Source: an uncultured bacterium
GTDB lineage: Bacteria; Zhuqueibacterota; QNDG01; DTFT01
DNA: 64,000 nucleotides
Assembly (NCBI GenBank): GCA_963736115.1
Contig: CAVTNR010000001.1
Location: 1-64,000 of the forward strand
Direction of reading: 5' to 3'
The position numbers and the translations under genes are program-made. This document shows, piece by piece, positions 13,643-23,762 of this stretch. Below the pieces are notes generated by a model. That model did not search any database and was not told the origin of the DNA. It saw only the letters and a list, made by a program, of their open reading frames with translations. Within the stretch, counting starts at the first letter, position 1; each line of letters begins with the position of its first letter.

Positions 13643-13680
13643 AAACGTGCGACGCGCCTTGAAGCGTGCGTCGCACGTTT
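13643..13680. repeat. REP-like palindrome family C (GTGCGACGCACCTT-N-AAGGTGCGTCGCAC)
   Basis: AAACGTGCGACGCGCCTTGAAGCGTGCGTCGCACGTTT; relatives at 58281-58309 and 62525-62553. Confidence 0.75.
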
Positions 13681-13695
13681 TATTTGAAAACCGGC

Positions 13696-13807
13696 GGAAC
13701 CGGCTTGCTTTTTCGGCTTTTTATGCCTAATTTTGTTACAGATTCACGTGCGGAAATAGAAATCACCGTACCCATCGACTCCTTCGAATCGCATCTCTGG
13801 TTAATCA
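13696..13807 (+). repeat. ~113-bp duplicated promoter/leader, copy 1 (TTGCTT-N17-TAATTT)
   Basis: Near-identical to 14547-14659 (a handful of substitutions and one indel); lies upstream of the ORF6N gene. Confidence 0.9.
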
Positions 13808-13836
13808 ATTTATCCAAATTCATGAGTTCAGATGTA

Positions 13837-13869
13837 TTTGAACTGTTGCAATTTGTGCAACAGTTCAAA
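13837..13869. promoter_or_regulatory. Intergenic palindrome matching the palindrome inside the RhuM coding sequence
   Basis: TTTGAACTGTTGCA-ATTTG-TGCAACAGTTCAAA (perfect 14-bp arms); compare 15027-15063. Confidence 0.7.
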
Positions 13870-13914
13870 ATGAAATCCTGACAAACGGGAGGGTTTCTGA
13901 AAGACGTGACGGTT

Positions 13915-14502
13915 ATGGATGAACGGAACGATATCCGGCAGTGCATTTTTACGGTGCGCGGTAGAAGGTGATTCTCGATTCGGATCTCGCGCGACTCTAT
14001 AGGTGTCAAGACCAAGGCGTTAAACCAGGCAGTCATCCGAAATAAGGAACGTTTTCCGTTGGATTTTGTCTTCAGGATCACAGCCGAGGAATGGCTTTAT
14101 TTGAGGTCACAAATTGTGACCTCAAACGGGAAGAATGACGGTCCGGGCGTAGCGGTCGGTTCTGGAAGCGGCGGAAGACGGTTTCTTCCCTATGTTTTCA
14201 CGGAACATGGCTCGATCATGGCGGCCTCGGTCTTAAACAGCAACGAGGCTGTGAAAATGAGCGTAATCGTCGTCCGGGCTTTTATCCGAATTGAAGTTGA
14301 TGAATACGGAGAATCATGAGCTGGCACAAAAACTGGCCGAATCGGAAAAGATGATTACCGCCCGCCTGATTCACATGAAAGGGCCATGGTTCATGTACTT
14401 GAACAGATATTACGATTGATCAATCCTCCTCCCTTGCCTGAACCGCCGAAGAAGAAAATCGGCTTTCATGTTAAGGAAAAGAAAATGACTTATCATTTTT
14501 GA
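13915..14502 (+). CDS. ORF6N-domain DNA-binding protein; frameshifted
   Basis: [74 protein letters not shown], C-terminal PPKKKIGF; several 1-nt indels. Confidence 0.85.
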
Positions 14503-14546
14503 GATAATATTCATGGATAACCTTCCGCGGTCCGGGGGGGATTGCT

Positions 14547-14659
14547 GGAACCGGCTTGCTTTTTCGGCTTTTTATGCCTAATTTTGTTACAGATCCACGT
14601 GCGGAACTAGAAATCACCGTACCCATCGACTTCCTCGAATCGCATCTCCGGTTTAATCA
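14547..14659 (+). repeat. ~113-bp duplicated promoter/leader, copy 2
   Basis: Near-identical to 13696-13807; lies upstream of the RhuM-Fic gene. Confidence 0.9.
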
Positions 14660-14761
14660 TTATGCATAATCGTCGATCTGCGGTCTTTTCGATCGCAGGT
14701 GCGGGTTTTTTCAACGATATCCATCTGTCGAGTTACGGGAAATCCAATGAACGTTTCCAGA

Positions 14762-15938
14762 ATGGGGAAGAAGACGGTTCCGGGAAAAAGCAGAACCGGA
14801 AAGTCCGTGAAGCGGATCGTAGCCGAGGCAGGCGCGGTTTATGGCCGGCCCGGCGGAGAGGTGGTGCTGTACCGCGCGAAGGACGGCGCGGTGACACTCG
14901 ATGTCCGGCTCGTGCAGGAGACGATCTGGCTCAAATTAAAACAGATAGCCACTCTGTTTGACCGCGATAATTCCGTAATCTCGCGTCACATCAATAATAT
15001 TTTTAAATCTAAAGAATTGGACCGAATTTCAACTGTTGCATTATTTGCAACAGTTCAAAATGAGGAAGATCGTTCAGATCACGGCGGTTGAATATTATAA
15101 TCTTGATGCCATTATTTCGGTCGGTTACCGGGTCAACTCGAAACGCGGCACCCAGTTCCGCATCTGGGCAACGGCTGTACTGCGGGACCATATCCTGAAA
15201 GGCTATTCAGTCAATGTCCGTCGTCTGGAGGAATTGCAGAAAACAGTCCGTTTGATTGCGCGGGTTGCCGGCCGTCCGGATCTATCCAATGATGAGACAT
15301 CCGCGCTGCTCAGGGTCATACGAGACTACAGCGTCGCGCTGGATCTTCTGGACGATTACGATCATGGCCGATTGCCGGCTTTGGACGGAATCCGGAGAAC
15401 AGCCCATCCCCTGGAATATGAAGAGGCGAGGCGTCTGATCGATCGATTGCGGAGCCATTTTTCCGCCGGCGAACTCTTCGGACTCGAGAAAGACGAAGGG
15501 TTGAAGGGCGCTCTGGCCGCGGTCATGCAGACCGTGGACGGACAGGATGCCTATCCGGGTCTGGAGGATAAGGCGGCGCACCTCCTGTATTTCGTGACGA
15601 AGGATCACGCGTTCGTGGACGGGAACAAGCGGATCGCCGCTTCGCTGTTCCTCTGGTTTCTGGAGAAAAACGGCGTTCTGTATCTTTCCGAAGGGGAAAG
15701 GCGGATTTCGGAAGCGGGCCTGGTCGCATTGACCCTGATGATCGCAGAAAGCCGGCCCGCGGACAAGGAGATCATTATCCGCATTGTCATCCGTCTGCTT
15801 CAGGGTCGTGCGGATCCGGAGGAGCAGGAAAGAACCTCCCGCGGGTTGGCACAAATCCGCTGGCAGGCTGAACCAGCGCCCAGTCCGGCCGCGGAGCGCC
15901 TGAAACGGCGTTTCCACGCGGAGCGTGGGAACGAGTAA
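14762..15938 (+). CDS. RhuM-family N-domain fused to Fic/Doc domain; one frameshift near 15065
   Basis: [47 protein letters not shown] (RhuM) and [11 protein letters not shown] (Fic). Start codon uncertain (14747 or 14762). Confidence 0.88.
15891..15935. repeat. REP-like family D (GCGGAGCGCCTGAA..GTTCCCACGCGGAGCGTGGGAACGAG)
   Basis: Overlaps the 3' end of the Fic ORF; relatives at 26571, 27736-27843, 28282, 28986. Confidence 0.7.
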
Positions 15939-15988
15939 CGCGAAGTCATGAGCCGAATAGTCACAATTATTCGATAAAGGAGAACCTG

Positions 15989-16933
15989 ATGTCCCATCTT
16001 TCTGAACGATTCCGGCCTTGCCTGTTGCTCGCTTCGATACTCCTGTCGGGTTCCTTGACGGCTCAGCAGGAAGCGGATACGTTGTTCAAGCCCAATGTGG
16101 GAGCGCCTGCGTTCAAAACGGGTGAAGGGCCAGTCGTATTGATCGACGAGGGACACAATAACTTCCACACCATGAACGGCCGGTACCTGGCCTTCAGCCG
16201 CCTGCTGAAACGGGACGGGTATGTCGTGGAACCGCAGGTCCGGACGGTTTTTACGGGCCGACCTCGATCGGGCAGGGATTCTGGTTATTTCCAACGCGCT
16301 GGCGAAGGAGAACGAGGACCGAATGGAATCTTCCGACGCCATCGGCCTTTGATTCCGCGGAAATCGTAATCGTCCGGGACTGGGTGAAGGACGGGGGATC
16401 ACTCTGGCTCATCGCGGACCACATGCCCTTTCCCGGCGCGGCTGGAGACGCTGGCCGCTGAGTTCGGAATTCGCATGGGGAATGGCTTCGCGCTCGACTC
16501 TGTTGATGGGGCCGGCCGGATGCGCTTTTCCCGCTCAGACGGCTCGCTGGCGGATCATCCGGTCACGGGAGGAAGGAACACCGCGGAGCGCGTCGACTCG
16601 GTGATCGCGTTCACGGGCCAGGCATTCCGGCTCGAAGGGCAGGGAGACCCCTTGATGACATTGCCGGGCGGCACCGTCCTGCTCATGCCGGAAGCCGCGT
16701 GGCAGTTTTCGAAGGAGACGCCGCGCCTGGACGCGTCCGGAATGCTGCAGGGCGCGCTGGTCCGTTTCGGCAAAGGGCGTGTCGCAGTGTTCGGTGAAGC
16801 GGCCATGTTTTCCGCGCAGGTGTCCGGTCCGGAACGCAGGCCCGCGGGAATGAACGATCCGACCGCTCCGCAGAACGCCCAGTTTCTGCTGAACGTACTG
16901 CATTGGCTGAGCGGTTTGTTGCAGGGGGGGTAA
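15989..16933 (+). CDS. Secreted DUF4350/GATase-like hypothetical protein; frameshifted
   Basis: Signal peptide, [58 protein letters not shown] across ORFs 15989-16369 and 16475-16933. Confidence 0.7.
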
Positions 16934-17583
16934 TGGAAAAACCGGATCGTGATCGCGTGGGCATATGGACTCTATCCGAACAATCCAGCTGAACCGGTGT
17001 GACGCGACTCCCGACCTGATCGGGGGCCGAGGCACACAGGATAAAAGCGATTGGATAACATGTCTGTGACTGGGGCACCCGGGCGTTTATCAAATCAGTC
17101 CGGTCACCGACAGGGAAGGAGTCCGCATCATGAAGGCCGAAAAAATCGTTTCCGGATGGTTTGGCCGGCGGTTGCTGACCGCCGGTTTCTCAAGGGCCGG
17201 GAAAATGGTGCTCCTGCGATAGGACAACGGTCAGCCGGTTTTTGTCTGCGTTTCCCCTGGGAATCGGGCTTCAGGCCGAGGCGGATCAGTCGTTCTCGAA
17301 GCGCAGGTTCTTTGTTTTCAAACCTGGAATCAAAATTGCATTCAATACGCGGGGTAACTGAAGGCGTGATGGATTTGAGGGCAGGAAAAGCATCTATCAG
17401 ATTGTTATTTAGGGCCTTATATTGACTGCCTTCCTGCTGCCGTCGATTTGAATTCAGGGAACAATTTACCGCTGATGCAGTACAATCGTTACGCTTAAGG
17501 GAGATCAGATATCCAGGTTGTACTGTCTATGCGAAACCGGGACCCATCTCCACTCGATCGGAACCGTTTGAATCAGGCCCGTC

Positions 17584-17937
17584 ATGAAGAAGAAAACCAC
17601 TGAATTTGCGGTCAGGAGTGTTTTTGCCCTCCTTTCTCTGATTTTTTTGTCTCCGTACGAAGCGATCTCATTCAGCGTATCCTTCGGTGAGATGTCCGAA
17701 ACCCACCAATCCGAAGGAAGATCAGAAAGAGGCCGCGATGAACATGGGGTGCGTTTTTCCGCCCCCTGTCAGATTGCATCGTCATACCGAGCCGGAAGGC
17801 TCAAATCACCGGGACGCATCCATTCCGGCGATTCGGCCGATTCCGATCGTCCGCATCCGAAGCGTTTTCATTCTTCCTTCAATTTACTTTCCCCGGACAA
17901 TCCCCGTCTGTTTGCCGATTTGACTCTTCGCATTTGA
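17584..17937 (+). CDS. Hypothetical protein with N-terminal hydrophobic segment
   Basis: ATG start, MKKK plus hydrophobic helix, ends LTLRI; no recognised domain. Confidence 0.35.
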   Translation: MKKKTTEFAVRSVFALLSLIFLSPYEAISFSVSFGEMSETHQSEGRSERGRDEHGVRFSAPCQIASSYRAGRLKSPGRIHSGDSADSDRPHPKRFHSSFNLLSPDNPRLFADLTLRI

Positions 17938-18347
17938 TCTGATCCTCCTCTATTCCCGTTTGTTCAGCGGATTCCGTCCCTGATGTTCGAACGGACGAAT
18001 TCTTTGTGGCGCAAATGAACCGCGCCACCCAGGTGAATCTGTCAGCGAGCGCATTCCCCGGTCCCGCGATGCGGGATCAATCTGCAGAGGATGGCTATTG
18101 AAGACTTCGCTGGACCGGGTAATCTGATTTTCCATGATTGAAGGCCGGCTTCGCCGGACCAAGCGGCAGGATTTATCAAATTGAAGGCCCGCCGCTTGCC
18201 TTCAATAAAAGGCCTATCATCGCTTGGTCCCGCACAGCAGGACGGCGGGGAGCTTCAATTGCGTCATGCGGAACGATCGATCCGTTCGGAAGGGCATCGA
18301 TCGGGGACCCGGAGAACCGGAGGGGGTCGAATCATCAGGAGAAACGA

Positions 18348-18995
18348 ATGCTAGCCGAAACATTTCAGCCCATGGTCGACTGGTACATGGCCAACATCAG
18401 CTATGGCTCCATCATCGCCCTGATGGCCGTTGAAAGTTCATTTATTCCATTCCCATCCGAAATCGTCGTTCCGCCCGCGGCCTGGAAGGCGGCCAAAGGC
18501 GAATTGAGCATGGGAGGGGTGCTTCTGTCGTCGACCCTGGGCGCGGTCCTGGGGGCGGTATTCAATTATTATATTGCAATGCTTCTCGGAAGAAAACTGA
18601 TTTATCGATTTGCCGCGACCCGGACGGCGAACATGATCCTGATCAATGCGGCGGGAGTGCAAAAATCCGAAAAATATTTCAGAAAACACGGCCGGCTGTC
18701 CACTTTCATCGGAAGACTGATCCCCGCCATCCGGCAGTTGATTTCCCTGCCGGCCGGTCTTGCGAAGATGGACATGCATTCGTTTGTTCTGTTCACGGCA
18801 GCCGGTGCCGGAATCTGGAATCTCATACTCGCGCTTCTCGGATATTTCCTGTATTCACAGAAAGAAATTCTTGAGAAGTATTATGGGATACTCTCGGTAT
18901 CGTTCGTTGTCATTGGCGCGGGTTTGATAACAGTGATCCTGTGGAAAAGCCTGTCCGGCGGGAAAAAGGAAAATATGAAACCCATATCGGAATGA
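18348..18995 (+). CDS. dedA: DedA-family membrane protein
   Basis: ESSFIPFPSEIV, FRKHG..FIGRLIPAIRQLISLPAG; AGGAG RBS before ATG 18348. Confidence 0.92.
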   Translation: MLAETFQPMVDWYMANISYGSIIALMAVESSFIPFPSEIVVPPAAWKAAKGELSMGGVLLSSTLGAVLGAVFNYYIAMLLGRKLIYRFAATRTANMILINAAGVQKSEKYFRKHGRLSTFIGRLIPAIRQLISLPAGLAKMDMHSFVLFTAAGAGIWNLILALLGYFLYSQKEILEKYYGILSVSFVVIGAGLITVILWKSLSGGKKENMKPISE

Positions 18996-19035
18996 GTTCC
19001 CTCTCCTCACAATCTTTCAACCAGCGAACCCAGCC

Positions 19036-20680
19036 ATGCAGCTGATACTGTCCATCGCATTTGAGTTGGTGGTGTTGATGTCGTTTCTTGATATCCGATC
19101 AGGCTTCCTGCGGAATCAAGAGCTGGTCCGGGTCGAGGAAGGATTGCTGCAGGGGTCGACCGAAAACGGGTTGACCGTTTACCGTGGCGTTCCTTACGCC
19201 GCGCCGCCGGTCGGAAACCTGCGCTGGCGTTCGCCCCGGCCCGCCGCAAAATGGGAAGGCATCCGGCGTGCGGATCGATTCGCTCCGGGCCCGGTTCAGG
19301 GGCATCGTACGCTTTCCGGAAGGATCGAGGACTGCCTGTATCTCAATATCTGGGCGCCTGCCCGACCCGGGAGCGGCCCCCTGCCCGTGCTCGTCTGGCT
19401 ACACGGCGGCGGATTCCGCGCAGGGTCCACTTGCGAGCCGAATTACGACGGAGCGAGCCTGGCCAGGAGGGGAGTCGTGCTGGTCAGTATCGCCTATCGC
19501 CTCGGTCCGCTCGGTTTTCTGGCGCATCCGGAACTGAGCGCCGAGAGTGGGAACGGGGTTTCGGGAAATTACGGGCTTCTCGACATGATTGCGGGACTTC
19601 GATGGGTTCAGAGAAACATAGCCGCATTCGGAGGCGATCCCCGCAAAGTCACGATTTTCGGTCAATCCGCCGGCGGCGTCGCGGTCAGCATGCTGTGCGC
19701 GTCACCGCTGGCGGCAGGACTGTTCCACGGGGCCATCTCCCAGAGCGGGGGCTCGTTCGGACCTCCGCGGCCCACATCGTATCCCGGAGAGAACTTGAAG
19801 CGGCTGTCCGACGCGGAACGGTCCGGGCGATTGTACGTCGAGATGACAAATTACTCCTCCATCGCGGAACTGCGGGAGGTCGACGCCGACAGCCTCGCTT
19901 GTGCCCGCGGGATCGGGGGAGTCTGGCCGGTCATCGATGGATGGGTGATTCCGGATGATCAGGTCAGACTGTATGAAGCGGGCCGGTTCAACGACACGCC
20001 CATACTCGTGGGATACAATTCGGACGAAGGCGCGATTTATTCGCCGTCCAGCCCGGAACATTACGTCACGGGTGTCCGTGAGCGATACGGCCGGTTCGCG
20101 GAAGACCTGATCAACGCCTACCCGGTCGATTCGGCCCGGGTGCCGAAGAGCGCGCGTGACCTGGCCCGCGATGCTGCGTTCGGATGGCACACCTGGACCT
20201 GGGCCCGGCTGCAGTCCGGCAAGGGGAAATCCAGAGCCTATTATTACTATTTCGACCGGGTCCCGGACGGCCCGGCGGATTCATCCCCGGCCGAATACGG
20301 GTCGCCGCATGGCCAGGATGTTCCATTCGTTTTCCAGCGTCTCAGCGCGAGGAATCCGAATACAACGCGGACAGATCTGGAAATTTCGAACGCCATGGCG
20401 ACCTATTGGACGAACTTCGCCAAATTCGGGGATCCGAACGGAAAAGGCCTTCCTGAATGGCCGGCCTTCAGCGAATTCGACCCCGTGGTGATGGTCTTCG
20501 GCCGTACACCGCGGACCGGGACCCGTTCCGAGCGGAGAATCGCTGAAGGTCCTGGACGCCTATTTCGAATGGCGGCGCACTCCGGAGGGGGAAGCGTGGG
20601 CGGAGGAATCGGCGCGGGATTCCACTGGCCGGCGGAATGAAAATGCGGTCATTCCCGTCATTCGGCGGACGGGCGAATGA
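19036..20680 (+). CDS. Type-B carboxylesterase (para-nitrobenzyl esterase-like); C-terminal frameshift
   Basis: GVPYAAPPVGNLRW, EDCLYLNIW, HGGG oxyanion hole, GQSAGG nucleophile, YWTNFAKFGDPNG. Annotated ORF ends at 20640; the shifted frame (..WRRTPEGEAW..) ends at 20680. Confidence 0.9.
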
Positions 20681-20685
20681 CGGGA
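20653..20685. repeat. GTCATT-type palindrome
   Basis: TCCCGTCATTCG-N9-CGAATGACGGGA. Confidence 0.55.
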
Positions 20686-20943
20686 CAGGGGCGGCATCCA
20701 CCGGCGGTTCCTATCCCGGGAAACGGCCTCTTCGAACGCTGCGCCGACCGTCCTGAAGGAGCGGATTTTGGGTGGATATTTGTCCTGAAAATGTCAATAT
20801 AAAAAGTGCATCGGCCCTTTTCCGGCGGGTCGGCGCGCTTCAGCTGCGTCATGGATGGCAGGATGAAGTCGATCGATCCCGGTGCCTGAAAATCAGTCTC
20901 GCGCAGACCGGCAGTTACCTGAAAGAGAAAGTGAGGATATGGA

Positions 20944-21876
20944 ATGTTCAATCAGATACTCCCCTGGATTTTTTTCAACGTCTTTGTCCTTGGAATGCTG
21001 GCGCTGGATCTGGGCGTTTTTCGCCGGAAAGCGCATCAGATCAAAATCAAGGAGGCGCTGCTCTGGAGTCTGATGTGGATATCCCTGGCGATGATTTTCA
21101 ATCTGGGCATTTATTTCTGGCGCGGGTCCAGGCCTGCGATGGAGTTTTTCACCGGGTATCTGATCGAGAAATCGTTGAGTGTCGACAATCTGTTCGTTTT
21201 CCTGCTGATCTTCAAGTACTTTCAGGTGCCCCAGGCCAGCCAGCACAAGGTCCTTTTCTGGGGAATCGTCGGCGCGCTCGTCATGCGGGCCGCTTTTATC
21301 GCGGCCGGCATCACGCTGATCCAGCAGTTCCACTGGATGATTTATTTTTTCGGGGCGATACTGGTTTTTACGGGGATCAAGCTGGCGTTTCAAAGGGACA
21401 GGACCCTTCAACCCGAAAAGAATCCCGTCATCCGGATTTTCCGGCGATTGATGCCGGTCTCTCCGGAATACGACGAAAAGAACCGGTTCTTCAAGAGAAA
21501 ATCCGGTCGTCTTTATGCGACCCCTTTGTTTATCTCGCTGCTGATCATCGAGACCACCGATATCGTTTTTGCGGTCGATTCGATCCCGGCCGTGCTTGCG
21601 GTCACACAGGACCCGTTTATCGTCTACACGTCCAATGTGTTCGCCATATTGGGTTTGCGCGCGCTCTTCTTCGCGCTGGCCGGGGTCATGCAGCTGTTTC
21701 ATTATCTCAATTACGGGCTTTCCGCGATTCTTGTTTTCGTGGGCGTGAAGATGCTCATTTCGGAATTTTACAAGTTACCGGCCGTCCTCGCCTTGACCGT
21801 GATCACGTTGATTCTGATCCTGTCCGTCATCGCCTCCATTCTTTTTCCCAAAAAAGAGGAAACGGTGAAATCGTGA
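20944..21876 (+). CDS. terC: TerC/Alx-family membrane protein
   Basis: EKSLSVDNLFVF, QHKVLFWGIVGALVMRA, DIVFAVDSIPAV, TSNVFAILGLRALFF. Confidence 0.95.
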   Translation: MFNQILPWIFFNVFVLGMLALDLGVFRRKAHQIKIKEALLWSLMWISLAMIFNLGIYFWRGSRPAMEFFTGYLIEKSLSVDNLFVFLLIFKYFQVPQASQHKVLFWGIVGALVMRAAFIAAGITLIQQFHWMIYFFGAILVFTGIKLAFQRDRTLQPEKNPVIRIFRRLMPVSPEYDEKNRFFKRKSGRLYATPLFISLLIIETTDIVFAVDSIPAVLAVTQDPFIVYTSNVFAILGLRALFFALAGVMQLFHYLNYGLSAILVFVGVKMLISEFYKLPAVLALTVITLILILSVIASILFPKKEETVKS

Positions 21877-21988
21877 CCGCGCACGATCGCGGGCGGAACG
21901 ATGTTCGAAAAGCGGGATCCGGGTTCGGCGGAATGACGTGAGATCACGGGAGTGTCCGATCGAACGCATGCCCCGACACGGGGCAAGT

Positions 21989-22025
21989 AAGCCTCCGGCG
22001 TAAGACGTCAGGGGCTTTTTGTTTT
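21989..22025 (+). terminator. Probable intrinsic terminator after terC
   Basis: AAGCCTCCGGCGT-AAG-ACGTCAGGGGCTT hairpin followed by a T-tract. Confidence 0.55.
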
Positions 22026-22092
22026 CTGCAGAGAAGCCTCCCGCAGGTTTGTACACCTTACGGGAGGCTGTCGGAATACGATCTCCGGACCG

Positions 22093-22346
22093 GTCATCCC
22101 GGGAAGGCCCGCCTGCGGGGCAGGGGGTGCCGGAAGAGGAACTTGTCGCCCGAAGGGCGATTCGCCCATGAAGGTTCTGCCGGCTCAGTGAATGTCATCC
22201 TGAGAAGACCCTCCTGCGGGGCAGGAGGTGCTGGGTGAGGGGCTTGTCGCCCGAAGGGCGATTTGCCCCTGAAGGATCTCCGGGCGGTGAAAGTCATCCT
22301 GAGAAAACCCCCTTGCTTCACCCATGAAGGATCTCCAGGCGGTGAG
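22093..22346 (+). repeat. Tandem array of three structured units (101, 99, 54 bp) starting GTCATCC
   Basis: Units start at 22093, 22194 and 22293; they share GTCATCC(T/C)G and CCC(A/C)TGAAGG(A/T)TCT, with internal hairpins in units 1-2. Confidence 0.8.
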
Positions 22347-22484
22347 TTTTTTTTCGGAAAACCCCACAAAAACAATTTGGAATAATGTCTTTTACGTGTA
22401 TATTTACATGATATTGTGCCCAATCCGAATCATCCAGGAAACCCACCCAGGAGGCGTCATCCCATGCGGCAAGGAGGAGGAAAC

Positions 22485-23762
22485 GTGAGAGGGAGAATCA
22501 TCATCGGTCTGATCATGCTGACCGCCCTGTTCCAGACGCAAAAGGCTTTCTGCGACGGAAAGATCGTCAAAGTTATTCCCGGTTACGTTCTGATCGACAC
22601 GGACCGGAATATCGGCGCGATCGGCGATGTCATCCGGGTATACCGATCCACGGCCGACGGGCAACGCAGCATCGGTTCCGTGCGGATCGTGCGGTTCAAG
22701 AGCGGCCGCACGGCGGCGAAAATCGTGAAGCAGGGCGCGGGATTCACCATCAAGGCCGGCGATTTTCTCGAAGGATTCGGGCCCGCGGACGATTCGATAG
22801 ACAGCCTGTTCGACGATTCCGAGCCGGTCGCGTCCAAGTCCGCGGCAAAAAGAACCGCGAAAAGACAATCCGCCTCGGCCGGTATCATCCTGGGCCCCAT
22901 ACCCGGAGCCACGGTTCTGCCGGCCAAGGGAAGGTCCGCGGCCATTGTGCAGGCATCCTTTCTGGGTGCGAAATCGGAGTATGACTTAAAAGGGAAATTG
23001 ATCGATTACAACGAGGGTTACGAGGATTTTGTCGACCCCAAAATGACCGTCAGCACCCTGAGCGTCGATCTCATGCACGCGTTCACGGACAGACACGCGC
23101 TGGGCGTCACCGTGCCCATGATTCTGGGGCGTAAACTGCAGTACAATGTTAAGCCCGAATTCGAGGATGTGCTCGATTTGCCGGACGAAGACGGCTTGAC
23201 CGGAATCGGCGACATCACGCTCTGGGGCCGCATGCTGGTCAGCCAGACCCCGGAAACGCGCGTCGCCCTGGACGCGGGCCTCCAGCTGGCAACCGGGTCC
23301 ACGTTCGAGGATATGAAGGATGATAATCTGGCGTCAACCGGAACCGGGAACACGGGACTTCATCTGGGAATCAACGGCGACCGGTTCATGGGCAATACCC
23401 TGACCTCTTTCGCCATATCGTATGTCATTTACAGCGAGGGCGAATTCGAAACAGAAGGCGTCAACTTTAAAATGAAACACGGCAATGAATTGAACGCTTC
23501 CGCAAGAATGAGCCTGAAGATGTCGCCCAAGATGTCCATTGGAGTGGAGGCGGATTACTATAAATCAGCCGAATACGAGGTGGAAGGGAAGAAGGTGGAT
23601 GACTCCGAATCCAGCGGCTTCGTGCTCGCGCCCCTGGCCGGCTTTCAACTCGGCTCTCCAAGGAATCCGATTCATGTCTTCGGCGGGTACGCGTTCACGC
23701 TGTCGGGCGTGAATTTCATGAAAGTGAGCGGGATCACGGTCGGGGCTGCGGTGTATCTGTAA
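22485..23762 (+). CDS. Secreted/outer-membrane beta-barrel 'transporter' (MetA-pathway-like) with N-terminal small beta domain
   Basis: GGAGGAGG RBS plus GTG; signal peptide; GIGDITL..GLQLATG motif; terminal aromatic beta strand. Confidence 0.6.
   Translation: MRGRIIIGLIMLTALFQTQKAFCDGKIVKVIPGYVLIDTDRNIGAIGDVIRVYRSTADGQRSIGSVRIVRFKSGRTAAKIVKQGAGFTIKAGDFLEGFGPADDSIDSLFDDSEPVASKSAAKRTAKRQSASAGIILGPIPGATVLPAKGRSAAIVQASFLGAKSEYDLKGKLIDYNEGYEDFVDPKMTVSTLSVDLMHAFTDRHALGVTVPMILGRKLQYNVKPEFEDVLDLPDEDGLTGIGDITLWGRMLVSQTPETRVALDAGLQLATGSTFEDMKDDNLASTGTGNTGLHLGINGDRFMGNTLTSFAISYVIYSEGEFETEGVNFKMKHGNELNASARMSLKMSPKMSIGVEADYYKSAEYEVEGKKVDDSESSGFVLAPLAGFQLGSPRNPIHVFGGYAFTLSGVNFMKVSGITVGAAVYL

Noticed and set aside
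16934-17583. Coding genes (ORF 17051-17425 and overlapping minus-strand ORFs)
   Set aside because: No recognisable motifs and atypical composition; treated as intergenic or decayed sequence.
18097-18206. Mini-CRISPR suggested by ATTGAAG repeat ends
   Set aside because: Period is only 40-43 bp and shared sequence is too short for a repeat plus spacer.
20760-20943. yybP-ykoY (Mn2+) riboswitch upstream of terC
   Set aside because: Expected from gene context, but I could not find the conserved GGGGAGUAG/CAAUAC-type elements; an Infernal search would be decisive.
22093-22346. CRISPR array
   Set aside because: Units are homologous along their length with no unique spacers, and no cas genes are present.
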